NCBI GenBank assembly: GCA_965237955.1
Contig: OZ250169.1
Span: 2,304,001-2,368,000, forward strand
From: Candidatus Marinacidobacterales bacterium
Lineage (GTDB): Bacteria > Acidobacteriota > Vicinamibacteria > Marinacidobacterales > SMYC01
Length of the DNA stretch: 64,000 bases
Direction of reading: 5' to 3'
This document shows positions 50,839-64,000 of the stretch, piece by piece (position 1 is the first letter of the stretch; every line of letters begins with the position of its first letter). A program made the translations under genes and the position numbers. The notes beneath the pieces are model-generated. The model was not told the DNA's origin. It saw only the letters and a list, made by a program, of their open reading frames with translations, and did no database searches.

Positions 50839-52674
50839 ATGGGCGAGATGGAAAAGCGATTGCTGTTGTTCTTCGGGGTGACCTTCGTCCTGGTGTCGCT
50901 GTGGCCGCGGATCTTTCCCGCGCCCCGACCACCGGAACCCTTCGAGCCTCCGGCAGCAGTGGAGGACGCTCGCGACGTCGAGCCAGGTGGTAACGCCCCG
51001 GCGCTCGACGCGAGCGCGCCATCGCCGGGGACGGAAGACGTCGAGGCCATCGAGGCCGCCGCCGCCGCCGCGGTAGACAAAGGCGCTGAGGTCGCGGCCG
51101 TATCGGAGCGCAACGTCGTCGTCGAGACGTCGATGTATGAGATGAAGCTGACCAACCGCGGGGCGCGTATGCTGAGCTTCATGCTCCAGGAATACCGCGA
51201 CAAAGAAGGCCGCCCCTATGAAATGGTGGGGCAAAACGCACCGGCGCAGCTGGATATTCGTCCGTTGGATGTTCGGCTCGACGATAGTCGACAAACGGCG
51301 GGGGTCAAGAAGGCGTTGTTCGAAGTGGACGCACCGGCCCGGATTTCGTTGCGCGACGGCGAAGAGAGGGTCGTCGAGCTCAACTGGTCGGACGGCCGCG
51401 GCCTCGAAGTGACGAAGCGCCTGACGCTCGTGGGCGGGATGTACCGCATCGGCGTCGAGGTGTCGGTGAAGATGCGGGGGCAAGAGATCGCGAAGTCGGT
51501 GCTGAACGGGGCTGGCATCGGGAACGAAGTTGCGCCAAGCCGCTTCGCGGGAGCGGAGAAGGGCGTCGTCGCCACCGGTAGCGAAGTGGTGTTGTTCTCG
51601 GCGGGCGACGTCGAGGACGGCGACGGGGACCTCGGCAATATCACCGCGACCGGCGTGGCATCGCACTACTTCACCGCGCTCATGCTCCCGGTGCGCTCGG
51701 AGGCGGGGAGCATCGACTCGAGGCTCGAGGTCTCGACCATCCAACAACAAAAGGACCGTGACGTGAGCGCGGAGAACGAGACGAAACTCGTTGACCGAGA
51801 CGTCATCACCGCGCAACTACTCGCTCGGGCTTCACCGGCGGAGTTCACGCTCTATATCGGCCCGAAGAAACTCGAACGCCTTCGAGCGTTGGGGCCGGGG
51901 ATGGATCAGATCATCGAGTTCGGATCGTGGATGCGCTATCCCGCGCTCATGCTCCGCACGTGGCTTCTGGCCATCTACGACTACGTGGGGAACTACGGCG
52001 TTGCGATCGTGTTGCTGACGGTGCTCATCAATATCCTTCTTGTGCCGCTGAAGCACTACAGCTTCGTCTCGATGCGGAAGATGCAGAAGATCGCGCCGCA
52101 AACCCAGAAGATTAGACAACGGTACAAAAAGGTCAAGCCGACCGACCCGCGTTACGCCGAAATGAACCAGGAGATGCAGGCGCTCTACAAGGAGCACGGC
52201 GTCAATCCGGTATCGGGGTGTCTCCCGATGGTTCTGATGATCCCGTTCTTTTTTGCGTTCTACCGGATGTTGATGGCGTCGATCGAGCTGCGCCAGGCAC
52301 CATTCATTTGGTGGATAGATGATCTCGCGGTGCACGATCCGTGGTTCGTGCTGCCGATTCTCATGGGCGGCACCCAGCTCGCAATCCAGAAAATGACGCC
52401 GCAAACGGGCGCCGATCCAATGCAGGCCAAGATCATGGCGTTCATGCCGGTCATATTCACGGTGATGCTCGCAGGGGCGCCGGCGGGGCTCGTGCTCTAC
52501 TGGTTCTCGAACAACTTGGTGTCGATGGCGCAGCAGAAGATCACCAACCGCATCCTGCAGGACAAAGACGCGGCGATAGCCGGGCACTCGGCGAAGCCGG
52601 ACAAAAACGTCAGGGGCGTGAAGACGGGCAAAAAACGCAAGGGTAAGAAGGGCGGAAAGGGGCCGGCGGCCTGA
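50839..52674 (+). CDS. yidC: Membrane protein insertase YidC
   Basis: GNYGVAIVLLT, SMRKMQ, NPVSGCLP, ELRQAPF, PAGLVLYW. Confidence 0.95.
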   Translation: MGEMEKRLLLFFGVTFVLVSLWPRIFPAPRPPEPFEPPAAVEDARDVEPGGNAPALDASAPSPGTEDVEAIEAAAAAAVDKGAEVAAVSERNVVVETSMYEMKLTNRGARMLSFMLQEYRDKEGRPYEMVGQNAPAQLDIRPLDVRLDDSRQTAGVKKALFEVDAPARISLRDGEERVVELNWSDGRGLEVTKRLTLVGGMYRIGVEVSVKMRGQEIAKSVLNGAGIGNEVAPSRFAGAEKGVVATGSEVVLFSAGDVEDGDGDLGNITATGVASHYFTALMLPVRSEAGSIDSRLEVSTIQQQKDRDVSAENETKLVDRDVITAQLLARASPAEFTLYIGPKKLERLRALGPGMDQIIEFGSWMRYPALMLRTWLLAIYDYVGNYGVAIVLLTVLINILLVPLKHYSFVSMRKMQKIAPQTQKIRQRYKKVKPTDPRYAEMNQEMQALYKEHGVNPVSGCLPMVLMIPFFFAFYRMLMASIELRQAPFIWWIDDLAVHDPWFVLPILMGGTQLAIQKMTPQTGADPMQAKIMAFMPVIFTVMLAGAPAGLVLYWFSNNLVSMAQQKITNRILQDKDAAIAGHSAKPDKNVRGVKTGKKRKGKKGGKGPAA

Positions 52675-52702
52675 CCGGCTGCCCGACGGGAGGACGGAAG
52701 AC

Positions 52703-53182
52703 GTGACCGAAGAAGCTCGAGATGCGGTAGAAGGTGAGCCGCTCGAAGAGTCAGTTCGAGAGCTCGTGGACGAGATGCTCGACCACCTCGATTGGGCCTT
52801 GGACGTCGAGGTCCATGGAGACGATCCGGAGACGTTGCGGGTGGAGCTCTATGGCGAGGACCGGGAGATCCTGGTCCGAAACCGCGCTGAGGTACTCGAA
52901 GTATTCCAGTACTTGACGAACCGGATCTTTGGTCGCGAGCTCGGTGAGCGCCGGATCGTCGTCGATAGCGACGGCTACCGCGCGCAGAAGGAGGCCGAGC
53001 TCCAAGAGATTGCTGCGCGCGTCTCCGAGCGGGTCAAACTCACGGGGCGGGAAGAAGAGCTCGGCAGCATGAATCCCTACGAGCGCCGCATCGTCCACTT
53101 GGCGGTGGCCGAGCTCGAGGGCGTCACTACCGAAAGCGAGGGCGACGGGGTGATGAAGCGCGTCGTCATCCTGCCGACCTAG
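52703..53182 (+). CDS. jag: Jag/KhpB (EloR)-like RNA-binding protein, KH+R3H only
   Basis: MNPYERRIVH (R3H), YR..KE.EL; no Jag_N domain; synteny after yidC. Confidence 0.8.
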   Translation: MTEEARDAVEGEPLEESVRELVDEMLDHLDWALDVEVHGDDPETLRVELYGEDREILVRNRAEVLEVFQYLTNRIFGRELGERRIVVDSDGYRAQKEAELQEIAARVSERVKLTGREEELGSMNPYERRIVHLAVAELEGVTTESEGDGVMKRVVILPT

Positions 53183-53192
53183 CACGACAGCC

Positions 53193-53816
53193 GTGGAGTT
53201 CAGCGCTCGCCTCGAAAAGGCGCTGGGCGCGGACGTCCGCGGGCTGCCGGAGACAACACTCGAAAGCCTAGAAGCGCTGGACGCCCTTTTGTCGCGGTGG
53301 GGGGAAGCGGTCGATCTCATAGGTTTCAAGACCCTGGACGAGCGCGATCGCCGCTATTTTGCCGAAGCGTTGGCGGCGCTTCCCTGGCTCCCCGACGAAG
53401 GCCGAGCGCTCGACATCGGCTCCGGCGGGGGGAGCCCAGCGTTGCCGCTCGCCGTCGCGAGGAGAACGCTCGAGTGGACGCTGGTCGAGGCAAACGAGCG
53501 CAAGGCGGTGTTCTTGGACGAGGCAGCTCGAGCGCTGCAACTTGGTAACGTGACCGTCGTCCAGACCCGCTACGAGGATTTGAAGCCTGACGTGTCCCTG
53601 GATACGGTGACGGTTCGCGGTGTCGCTCTAAGGGACGAAACGCTGGAGAGAATCGGGGTTGAGCTCGCGCCTTCAGGCCGATTCCTCTGGTTCAGCAGTG
53701 AGGCTCGCCTGAAGGAGGCACGCGCGCGGCTCGAGCGATCGTGGGCGCGGTGTACGGGCCCGATACCGCTCGTACGGAACGGAGGGTTCCTCCTGGTGGC
53801 CAGAGCCCGGTCCTAG
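53193..53816 (+). CDS. rsmG: 16S rRNA (guanine-527-N7)-methyltransferase
   Basis: LDIGSGGGSPALPL, VEANERKAVFL; synteny before parA. Confidence 0.85.
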   Translation: MEFSARLEKALGADVRGLPETTLESLEALDALLSRWGEAVDLIGFKTLDERDRRYFAEALAALPWLPDEGRALDIGSGGGSPALPLAVARRTLEWTLVEANERKAVFLDEAARALQLGNVTVVQTRYEDLKPDVSLDTVTVRGVALRDETLERIGVELAPSGRFLWFSSEARLKEARARLERSWARCTGPIPLVRNGGFLLVARARS

Positions 53817-53827
53817 ATGTTCCTAGA

Positions 53828-53843
53828 TGTTTCACGTGAAACA
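53828..53843. promoter_or_regulatory. parS centromere site
   Basis: Perfect consensus TGTTTCACGTGAAACA directly upstream of parA. Confidence 0.95.
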
Positions 53844-53844
53844 T

Positions 53845-53879
53845 TGAGCACTGAGCACTGAGCACTAAGCATTGCGCAT
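53845..53879. repeat. Heptamer tandem repeat (TGAGCAC)x3 + 2 degenerate copies
   Basis: Read directly, adjacent to parS. Confidence 0.9.
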
Positions 53880-53979
53880 TGCCGGGCCGCTGGCGAGAGG
53901 AAGCTGTCAGCTGGCCGGCTGTGCTATGCTCTCGGGCCTCAAATCCTCAGGAATCCCGCCCCATGTCGAGACTGTAGCC

Positions 53980-54736
<757 letters not shown>

Positions 54737-54759
<23 letters not shown>

Positions 54760-55630
54760 GGGGCTCGCCGCCCTTCTACCCGAAGAGCCGGGACAAGACC
54801 CAAGGGGCCAAAGCGGCGCCCTGCTCGAGGTCGATCCGGCGCGGATCGACCCCAACCCCGACCAACCGCGTCAGCATATCGATGAAGCGAAGCTCGCCGA
54901 GCTTGCCCAATCCATGAGCGAGCAAGGCATCGTGCAGCCAATGATCGTCCGCAAGGACGGGTCGCGATTCCAGCTCATTGCCGGGGAGAGGCGGTGGCGG
55001 GCGGCTCAACGAGCCGGGCTCGAGAAAGTCCCCGTGCTGGTGCGGGACGTGGCCGATCATCAGGTGCTCGAGATCGCCCTCGTCGAGAATATCCAGCGCG
55101 AGGAGCTCAATCCCATCGAAGAGGCCTCGGCCTACCGCCGGCTCGTCTCTGAGCTCGGCTACTCCCAAGAGCAAGTGGCGTCCCGGGTGGGGAAGGACCG
55201 ATCCACCGTTGCGAATCTGTTAAGGCTATTGCGGCTCCCACGCGACGTGCGAGGGCTCATCGCGAAACAGCTTCTGTCACCGGGGCACGCGCGGCCGCTC
55301 CTCTCGCTCGCGAGCGCCGAGCACCAGCTCGAGATTGCGGCTCAAATCGTCGCCAAGGGTCTGAGCGTACGTGAGGTGGAGCGACGGGTGAACGCCGTAA
55401 AGACCCCGGCCGCGAAGCCGAAGCCATCAAGAAAGCGTGACCCGAACACACGAGAGGCTGAGCGTCGCCTGGAGCAAGCACTCGGTACTGCGGTCCGCAT
55501 CCGAAGGCAGGGGCGGGGAAACAAGCAGCGAGGCCGGGTGGAGATCGACTTCCACTCCGAGGAGGAGCTCCACCGCCTATATGAGGTCATTCAGCGTGGC
55601 GCCCGCGCAGGGAAACGAGGCCGATCATAA
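54737..55630 (+). CDS. parB: Chromosome partitioning protein ParB/Spo0J
   Basis: ALGKGLAAL, NPDQPR, GERRWRA, ENIQREELNPIEEA, HTH. Confidence 0.96.
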
Positions 55631-55682
55631 CCGGACTTGAGAAAACACCGCGCAACCGGACCAAGAAAGGGGTTTCAGGAAC

Positions 55683-56084
55683 GTGAGGAAAAAGGATGAA
55701 GGGAGCGGTGAGCTCGAGGGCTTTCTAGACGAGGGCACGTCGTTTTCGGGAGAGGTCACCTTCCACGACACACTCCGGATCGACGGCAAGTTCGAAGGAG
55801 CGGTGCGCTCGGGAAATACCCTCGTTGTCGGGGAGTCTGCCGACGTCAACGCCGAGGTGGATGTCGCCGTCGTGTCGGTCAGTGGTCGCATCCGCGGCAA
55901 TGTGCGCGCTAGTGAGCGCGTCGAGCTTCACCCGACGGCACGAGCCGAGTGCAGTCTCGACTGCAAAGTTCTCGTCGTGCACGAAGGCGCATTGTTCGAC
56001 GGGCAGTGCGCCATGGGAGGTAAAAAGACCCCACACGAAGTATCCCCAAGTGACCGATTGAATAAATTAGTATCTTCTAAATGA
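55683..56084 (+). CDS. Bactofilin (polymer-forming cytoskeletal protein)
   Basis: Beta-helix pattern GT.F.GE..F...LRIDG.FEG...VGESA.V...G.I.GNV.A..RVEL...EGA.FDGQC.M. Confidence 0.88.
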   Translation: MRKKDEGSGELEGFLDEGTSFSGEVTFHDTLRIDGKFEGAVRSGNTLVVGESADVNAEVDVAVVSVSGRIRGNVRASERVELHPTARAECSLDCKVLVVHEGALFDGQCAMGGKKTPHEVSPSDRLNKLVSSK

Positions 56085-56136
56085 CAATACCGCGTTGATA
56101 AAAGACCAAGCGTGATGCTTGGGTGCGCGCGGCGCG

Positions 56137-56166
56137 TTGACGGCATCAAGAAGCGCGTGTTATAGT
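56137..56166 (+). promoter_or_regulatory. Sigma70 promoter of the atp operon
   Basis: TTGACG-18-TATAGT with extended TG. Confidence 0.6.
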
Positions 56167-56211
56167 TAGAAGCTTTGTCGGGTATTTTTGGCCCTATCAG
56201 GAAACCGTAGC

Positions 56212-56640
56212 TTGATATCCATTGACGTCACGGCACTGATCATCTCTGCGCTCGTCTTCGGGCTCGTTTTTGTTCTGAAGAACACCTTTTTCGAGCCCCT
56301 CGCACAAGCGATGGAGACGCGGCAAGATCGAATCGACCGCGCCGCCACTGCATGGGATGACGCCGTAAAGACCATCGACCAAGCGCGCGCCGAAGTTGCG
56401 GCCGCTGTTCAAGCCACCCGCAACGAAGGATACCAACTGCTCGACGAAGCACGCACGGAGGCTCAGCAAAAAGCCCGGGCCGAGCTCGACGAGGGGCGCG
56501 ACGCCGCGCAGAAACAAATCGCCGACGCAATAAAGCGCCTCTCCGACGAGACCGACAAAGCTGTGCAGACACTCGAACGCGATGCCGACGCGCTGGCGTC
56601 CCAAATCGCTAGCCGCATTCTCGGACGAGAGGTTGCATGA
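56212..56640 (+). CDS. ATP synthase F0 subunit b'
   Basis: N-terminal TM, F.PL...R, long Ala/Glu coiled coil; start TTG 56212 (or 56188). Confidence 0.85.
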   Translation: MISIDVTALIISALVFGLVFVLKNTFFEPLAQAMETRQDRIDRAATAWDDAVKTIDQARAEVAAAVQATRNEGYQLLDEARTEAQQKARAELDEGRDAAQKQIADAIKRLSDETDKAVQTLERDADALASQIASRILGREVA

Positions 56641-57182
56641 ACTTAGCCAACCGCATCGCCGTTTTCTTTTTCCTCACAAGCGTCGCCACACCTCTTTATG
56701 CTGCCGAAGGGAGCAACCTCCCCCGGATTACCAACTTCGCCATCGTGGCGGTGGCGCTCGTCTTTGCGCTCAAGAAGCCGCTCGCCGGCTACCTCCAGGC
56801 GCGCACGGATCAAATCCGTGCCGAGCTCGTCGACGCGAAGGAAAAAAGCGCGAAGGCCGAAGTTGAGCTTGAACAGGCCAAGGCTCTACTCGGAAGCCTC
56901 GACGACGAGGTCGAAAAAGCCAAACGGGAAGCAAGGAAGGCCGCCGAGGCCGAAAAAGCGCGCATCTTGAACGCGGCCGAGATCGAAGCGGCCCGTATCA
57001 GAAAGATCGCCAAAAAGGAGATCGACAACGAAGTCGAGACCGCACGGCGTAAACTTCTCGCTCGTGCGGCCGAGCTTTCGGTGTCGCTCGCGCACGAGAA
57101 ACTCGAAAGCTCGTTGACCGAAGAAGACCAAATCAAGCTCATCGATCGGAGCATCGAGATCTTGGAGAAGACTCAGTCGTGA
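56637..57182 (+). CDS. atpF: ATP synthase F0 subunit b
   Basis: NFAI TM, KKPL..YL..R, coiled coil. Confidence 0.88.
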   Translation: MNLANRIAVFFFLTSVATPLYAAEGSNLPRITNFAIVAVALVFALKKPLAGYLQARTDQIRAELVDAKEKSAKAEVELEQAKALLGSLDDEVEKAKREARKAAEAEKARILNAAEIEAARIRKIAKKEIDNEVETARRKLLARAAELSVSLAHEKLESSLTEEDQIKLIDRSIEILEKTQS

Positions 57183-57751
57183 CTACGGCGGGATCGTTCG
57201 TCATCGCGGAGCGCTACGCTCGGGCTCTGCTCGGCGTGGCCCTGGATGATGACAAGAATGACAAGAAGGTCGATCCGGACAAGATCGAACGAGAGCTCTC
57301 GGACATCGCCGCGTTGCTCGAATCTCAACCCAAGCTCGCCGACGCGCTGTCTACGCCGGCGATCGCGGCCGAAACCCGCGTTGCGATACTAGACGAAGTT
57401 ATTTCCGGGGAGAGTCTCACGGGAGCGACGGTCAACCTCCTTCGACTCCTGACGTCGAGGGAGCGGATGTCGGTGTTCGGTCTCATCATCGAGCAATACC
57501 GGAAGTTACTGCTGGAGCACAAACAGATCCAACCCGGCGAGGTGACGTCGGCCCACCCACTCAATGACCAACAGCAAAAGCGACTCGCCGATGGCCTGGG
57601 CGAAGCCCTGGGCAAGACAATGGAGCTGACCTTCTCGAACGACACGAAGCTCGTCGGCGGTCTCGTTGTGCGCGTTTCTAACCGCGTCTACGATGCCAGC
57701 GTCATCAGGCAGCTCGAGCGGGTCAAAGAAAAGGCGTTATCGAGTTTCTGA
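57179..57751 (+). CDS. atpH: ATP synthase F1 subunit delta
   Basis: [25 protein letters not shown]...YDAS. Confidence 0.93.
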   Translation: MTTAGSFVIAERYARALLGVALDDDKNDKKVDPDKIERELSDIAALLESQPKLADALSTPAIAAETRVAILDEVISGESLTGATVNLLRLLTSRERMSVFGLIIEQYRKLLLEHKQIQPGEVTSAHPLNDQQQKRLADGLGEALGKTMELTFSNDTKLVGGLVVRVSNRVYDASVIRQLERVKEKALSSF

Positions 57752-57818
57752 GGTCACGATTCAAGCGAGCGCCGCGCTACAAAAAGCGATGGGCTCGATT
57801 CGAGGTAAGGGAACAGGA

Positions 57819-59348
57819 TTGGATATCAGAGCGGACGAGATCACAAAGATTCTCAAACAGCAGATTGGCGACTACGAAGCCGGAGTCGACATCGCCGAAG
57901 TGGGCACCGTCATCTCCGCTGGTGACGGCATTGCGCGGATTCACGGGCTCGAAGGTGTCATGTACGGCGAGCTCGTCGAGCTCCCGAACGACGTGTTCGG
58001 TTTGGCGTTGAACCTTGAGGAAGAATCCGTCGGCCTGGTGCTGTTCGGCAACACGACCTTTATCAAGGAAGGCGACGAGGCCAAGCGCACGCGCACGATT
58101 CTCCAGGTGCCCGCGGGCGAAGAGCTGGTCGGACGCGTCGTCGACGCGTTGGGCCGACCGATCGACGGCAAGGGCCCGATCAATACGAAGCAACACAACG
58201 CAGTCGAGCGCGTGGCGCCCGGTATCGTAGATCGCCAACCGGTGAAAGAACCGCTCCAGACGGGCGTCAAGGCGATCGATGCCATGATCCCGATCGGTCG
58301 CGGTCAGCGTGAGCTCATCATCGGCGACCGGCAGACGGGGAAAACCGCCATCGCCGTCGACACCATCATCAACCAGAAGGGCAAAAACGTTGTCTGTGTT
58401 TACGTTGCCATCGGCCAGAAACTCTCGACGGTGGCGCAGGTGGTGGGAACCCTCGAAGAGCACGGCGCGATGGACCACACCATCGTCGTCAACGCCTCCG
58501 CGTCCGATCCGGCGCCGCTACAGTATTTAGCGCCCTATTCGGGGACCGCGATGGCGGAGTACTTCCTCGACAATAGCAAGCACGCGCTTTGTATCTACGA
58601 CGATTTGTCGAAGCACGCGGCCGCCTACCGAGAGATGTCGCTTCTCCTTCGGAGGCCACCCGGGCGCGAAGCCTATCCCGGCGACGTCTTCTACCTGCAC
58701 TCGCGTCTGCTCGAACGCGCCGCGAAGCTTTCCGACGCCAACGGTGGCGGATCGCTCACCGCGTTCCCGTTCATCGAGACCCAGGCGGGCGACCTCTCCG
58801 CGTACGTGCCCACGAACGTCATCTCGATCACCGACGGCCAAATCTTTCTCGAAGGCGACCTGTTCAACGCTGGTATCCGTCCTGCGGTCAACGTCGGTAA
58901 CTCCGTCAGCCGTGTCGGCGGCGCGGCTCAAATCAAAGCGATGCGCCAAGTCGCAGGCACCATGCGCCTCGACCTGGCCCAGTATCGTGAGATGGCCGCG
59001 TTCGCACAGTTCGGCTCGGACCTCGACAAAGCGACCCAGGCCCAGCTCGCCAAAGGCGAGCGTCTCGTCGAGATCCTGAAGCAGGACCAATACCAACCGC
59101 TGCCGGTAGAAAAGCAAGTCGCGATCATCTTTGCCGCCAACGCAGGCTACCTCGACGACCTGCCGGTCTCCGTGTGTCTGCGTTTCGAGAGCGAGCTCTA
59201 CGTTTATCTCGACGACCGTCATCCGGGAGTCCTTTCAGCCATCGTCGAAAAGAAGACGCTCGACGACGAGATCGAAGGCAAGCTCAAGATCGCGCTCGAC
59301 GAGTTCAAGAGCCAGTTCAAGTCCGAGTCCGAGGAATCCGCCGCGTAG
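57819..59348 (+). CDS. atpA: ATP synthase F1 subunit alpha
   Basis: [35 protein letters not shown]; TTG 57819 start. Confidence 0.97.
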   Translation: MDIRADEITKILKQQIGDYEAGVDIAEVGTVISAGDGIARIHGLEGVMYGELVELPNDVFGLALNLEEESVGLVLFGNTTFIKEGDEAKRTRTILQVPAGEELVGRVVDALGRPIDGKGPINTKQHNAVERVAPGIVDRQPVKEPLQTGVKAIDAMIPIGRGQRELIIGDRQTGKTAIAVDTIINQKGKNVVCVYVAIGQKLSTVAQVVGTLEEHGAMDHTIVVNASASDPAPLQYLAPYSGTAMAEYFLDNSKHALCIYDDLSKHAAAYREMSLLLRRPPGREAYPGDVFYLHSRLLERAAKLSDANGGGSLTAFPFIETQAGDLSAYVPTNVISITDGQIFLEGDLFNAGIRPAVNVGNSVSRVGGAAQIKAMRQVAGTMRLDLAQYREMAAFAQFGSDLDKATQAQLAKGERLVEILKQDQYQPLPVEKQVAIIFAANAGYLDDLPVSVCLRFESELYVYLDDRHPGVLSAIVEKKTLDDEIEGKLKIALDEFKSQFKSESEESAA

Positions 59349-59380
59349 GAACGGGCGGGGCGGGACGAACTATCAAGGCG

Positions 59381-62087
<2,707 letters not shown>

Positions 62088-62203
62088 CAGGGCGCTGAAA
62101 AAGGACCGGGCGCGAACGAAGCGAGAGCGCCTGTTGATGAATGCCCCGACGAGAGGCCGAGCGAGTGAGCGAGGAGCTCGGCATCTCGAGCATTAACGCG
62201 CTC
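62088..62203. repeat. Structured intergenic repeat (MITE/REP-like), copy 2
   Basis: Homologous to 44155-44400; starts right after the atpC TAG. Confidence 0.8.
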
Positions 62204-62206
62204 TAA

Positions 62207-63745
62207 GGGCCGCCGACAAAATAACTGTCTAGTTTTGAGCACACTCTTCCTGTTTCAGGTCGTGATCGCGATGTCGTCTGGCATCACGAGAGCCTGGCAA
62301 GCTCCCTAGAAACGGAACATTTGTAGATCTTCAGCAACCAGCGCGTGTTTGACAAACGGTCCTCATTTTAGGGAGGATTACGCCTATCAAGGAGCACTTC
62401 TCCTATTATGAGACCTACGAGCTATCAGTCTGAAGATCTCGACCGCCTGTTGAGGAAGCACAAAATAGCTACCCTCGATGATTTGAAGGCAGTGTTGGGA
62501 CCGATGTGGACTCGACCGTCTTCCGAAAGCTCAATGAGTTGGCGTATCGGACAAGCTACTCCCACCGTGGTAGCTACTACACGTTGGACGAGATCGCCCA
62601 GTTCGATCGAAAAGGTCTTTGGTCGTTGCGCTCAGTGTGGTTCTCGAAGTACGGGACGTTGCTTGCGACGGTAAAAGCGTTGGTCGCGGCCTGTGAGGCA
62701 GGCTACTACGTCGACGAGCTCGAGGACGTGGTGCAGGTTGACGTCAAGGCTCCTCTGTTGAAACTGGTCCGAGAGAAAAGATTGGCGCGCGAGCAGGTGT
62801 TCGGCCGATATCTGTATCTGGCCACCGATGTGAGCACGCGCAAGCAACAGCTCTCGGCCCGCCAGGTACATGAGGCGTCACCTTCCACGTTGGGCTGGGT
62901 CGGGGGAGTCCGCGTGCTCCCCGTGGAGTTGAAGGCTGCGATCGTTCTTTTCTACAGCCTGCTCGATGAAAAGCAGCGCCGTCTCTACGCGGGAGTCGAG
63001 GCCATGAAGCTCGGTCACGGTGGCGACCAACAGATTGCCGAACTGCTCGGGATGGATCCGAGCACGGTAGCCAGAGGTCGTAGGGAATTGCTAATGAGAG
63101 ATGTTGAGCTCGACGGAGTTCGGCGAAAGGGTGGCGGACGGCGCGCCGTGCAAAAAAAACGCCAGAAGTCATCGCCAAGATCGAAGAACTCATGAAGCAC
63201 GACACCGCGGGCGATCCGATGACGGGAGTGAAATGGACGCGGCTCGTACAACACCCCGGACTTCGCCGTGAATGCCATCGAGAAGTGGTGGCGAACGGAA
63301 GGACGGCGACGCTATCCTGCAGCCCGTGACCTCGCGATATTGGCAGACGCCGGGGGCAGCAATGGCTATCGGTGTCGGGGTTGGAAGCACGGGCTTCAAA
63401 CGCGGATTTGCAATCGCCACGACATCGCTATCACCATAGCCCACTATCCGTCCGGTACATCCAAGTGGAATCCAGTGGAGCACCGTCTGTTCAGCGAGAT
63501 CAGCAAGAACTGGGCAGGCAGGCCTCGCGACAGCTACGAAACCATCCTCAAATACATCCGCACGACCACCACCTCTTCCGGTTTGCGAGTACGCGCACAC
63601 CTTATCCGGCGTCGTTATCCGAAGGGCGTCAAAATCACTAACGAGCGGATGCAGGCGCTTTCCGTTACAAAGGACCAGACTCTACCCAAATGGAACTACA
63701 CCATCCGACCGTCTTGAAAACGGGAACTTATTTTGTCGCCGGCCC
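62207..63745 (+). mobile_element. ISAzo13-family insertion sequence, defective
   Basis: Terminal IRs GGGCCGCCGACAAAATAA and (rc) GGGCCGGCGACAAAATAA (17/18 match); TAA direct repeats at 62204-62206 and 63746-63748. Confidence 0.9.
62408..63717 (+). pseudogene. ISAzo13 transposase, frameshifted and internally deleted
   Basis: LDEKQRRLYAG, TAGDP...KWT, DAGGSNG, HYPSGTSKWNPVEHRLFS and WNYTI in several frames; the sequence jumps from KWTR to TPDFAV at about 63245. Confidence 0.85.
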
Positions 63746-63874
63746 TAAGACGGCGTCTCTCCTCGCTTGAGCGATCCCCGCTCAGGCGGTACCATGGATA
63801 CAGAATCCACCACAATCGAATAACGGCGGTGCACCCTCCCTCTTCATGTTGGGGTCGATTCGCAGGAGGAACCC

Positions 63875-64000
63875 ATGGTGCAGAACCACTACTACCAGCA
63901 CTCCGGTCAGTTCGCGCTCGGAAGTGTGATCCTCGGAACGATTGCCGCCGCGGCGATGGGCTCGGTCCTCGCCGCCGCCTACGCAGCGGTGGTTCTCTAC
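63875..64000 (+). CDS. Hypothetical membrane protein (5' part; runs off the right edge)
   Basis: AGGAGG RBS, ATG 63875, MVQNHYYQHSGQFALGSVILGTIAAAAMGSVLAAAYAAVVLY, open to the end of the window. Confidence 0.6.
   Translation, partial: MVQNHYYQHSGQFALGSVILGTIAAAAMGSVLAAAYAAVVLY

Noticed and set aside
53845-53879. Short repeats as a possible CRISPR array
   Set aside because: Tandem 7-mers without spacers; no repeat-spacer array or cas gene is visible anywhere in the window.
63766-63790. Hairpin CGCTTGAGCG-ATCCC-CGCTCAGGCG after the IS as an intrinsic terminator
   Set aside because: No U-tract on either strand, so no function can be supported.

Overview
GC-rich bacterial chromosomal segment that spans the replication origin. 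The lineage is probably Acidobacteriota or similar, inferred from gene order and protein style and not verified. Left half: cell-envelope and glycan genes, including a nonulosonic-acid-type operon (two NeuB-family synthases, three cytidylyltransferase domains, one of them fused to a PseG/SpsG-like hydrolase, a putative transferase, an SDR and two GT-C-like membrane proteins), a Wzx flippase, GT4, GT9, GT2, a DegT aminotransferase and alr. Also on the left are clpC, a cupredoxin-like lipoprotein, a non-canonical sulfatase, a likely DUF3179 selenoprotein (in-frame TGA plus SECIS-like hairpin), a Ser/Thr kinase with compensating frameshifts, and pfkA and pspC remnants. Centre and right: rsmI, yvcK-glmU(degenerate N-domain)-glmS, uvrD/pcrA, gyrA-gyrB-dnaN-oriC-dnaA, rpmH-rnpA-yidD-yidC-jag-rsmG-parS-parA-parB-bactofilin, atpF'-F-H-A-G-D-C and a defective ISAzo13-family element. 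The best candidates for something new are the dual-synthase ulosonate and GT-C glycosylation locus, an orphan structured RNA-like element (16821-16978), the selenoprotein, a two-copy structured intergenic repeat, and a mini-ORF ATGA relay feeding an acetyltransferase-only GlmU. All family calls come from motif recognition by eye; no database searches were run.
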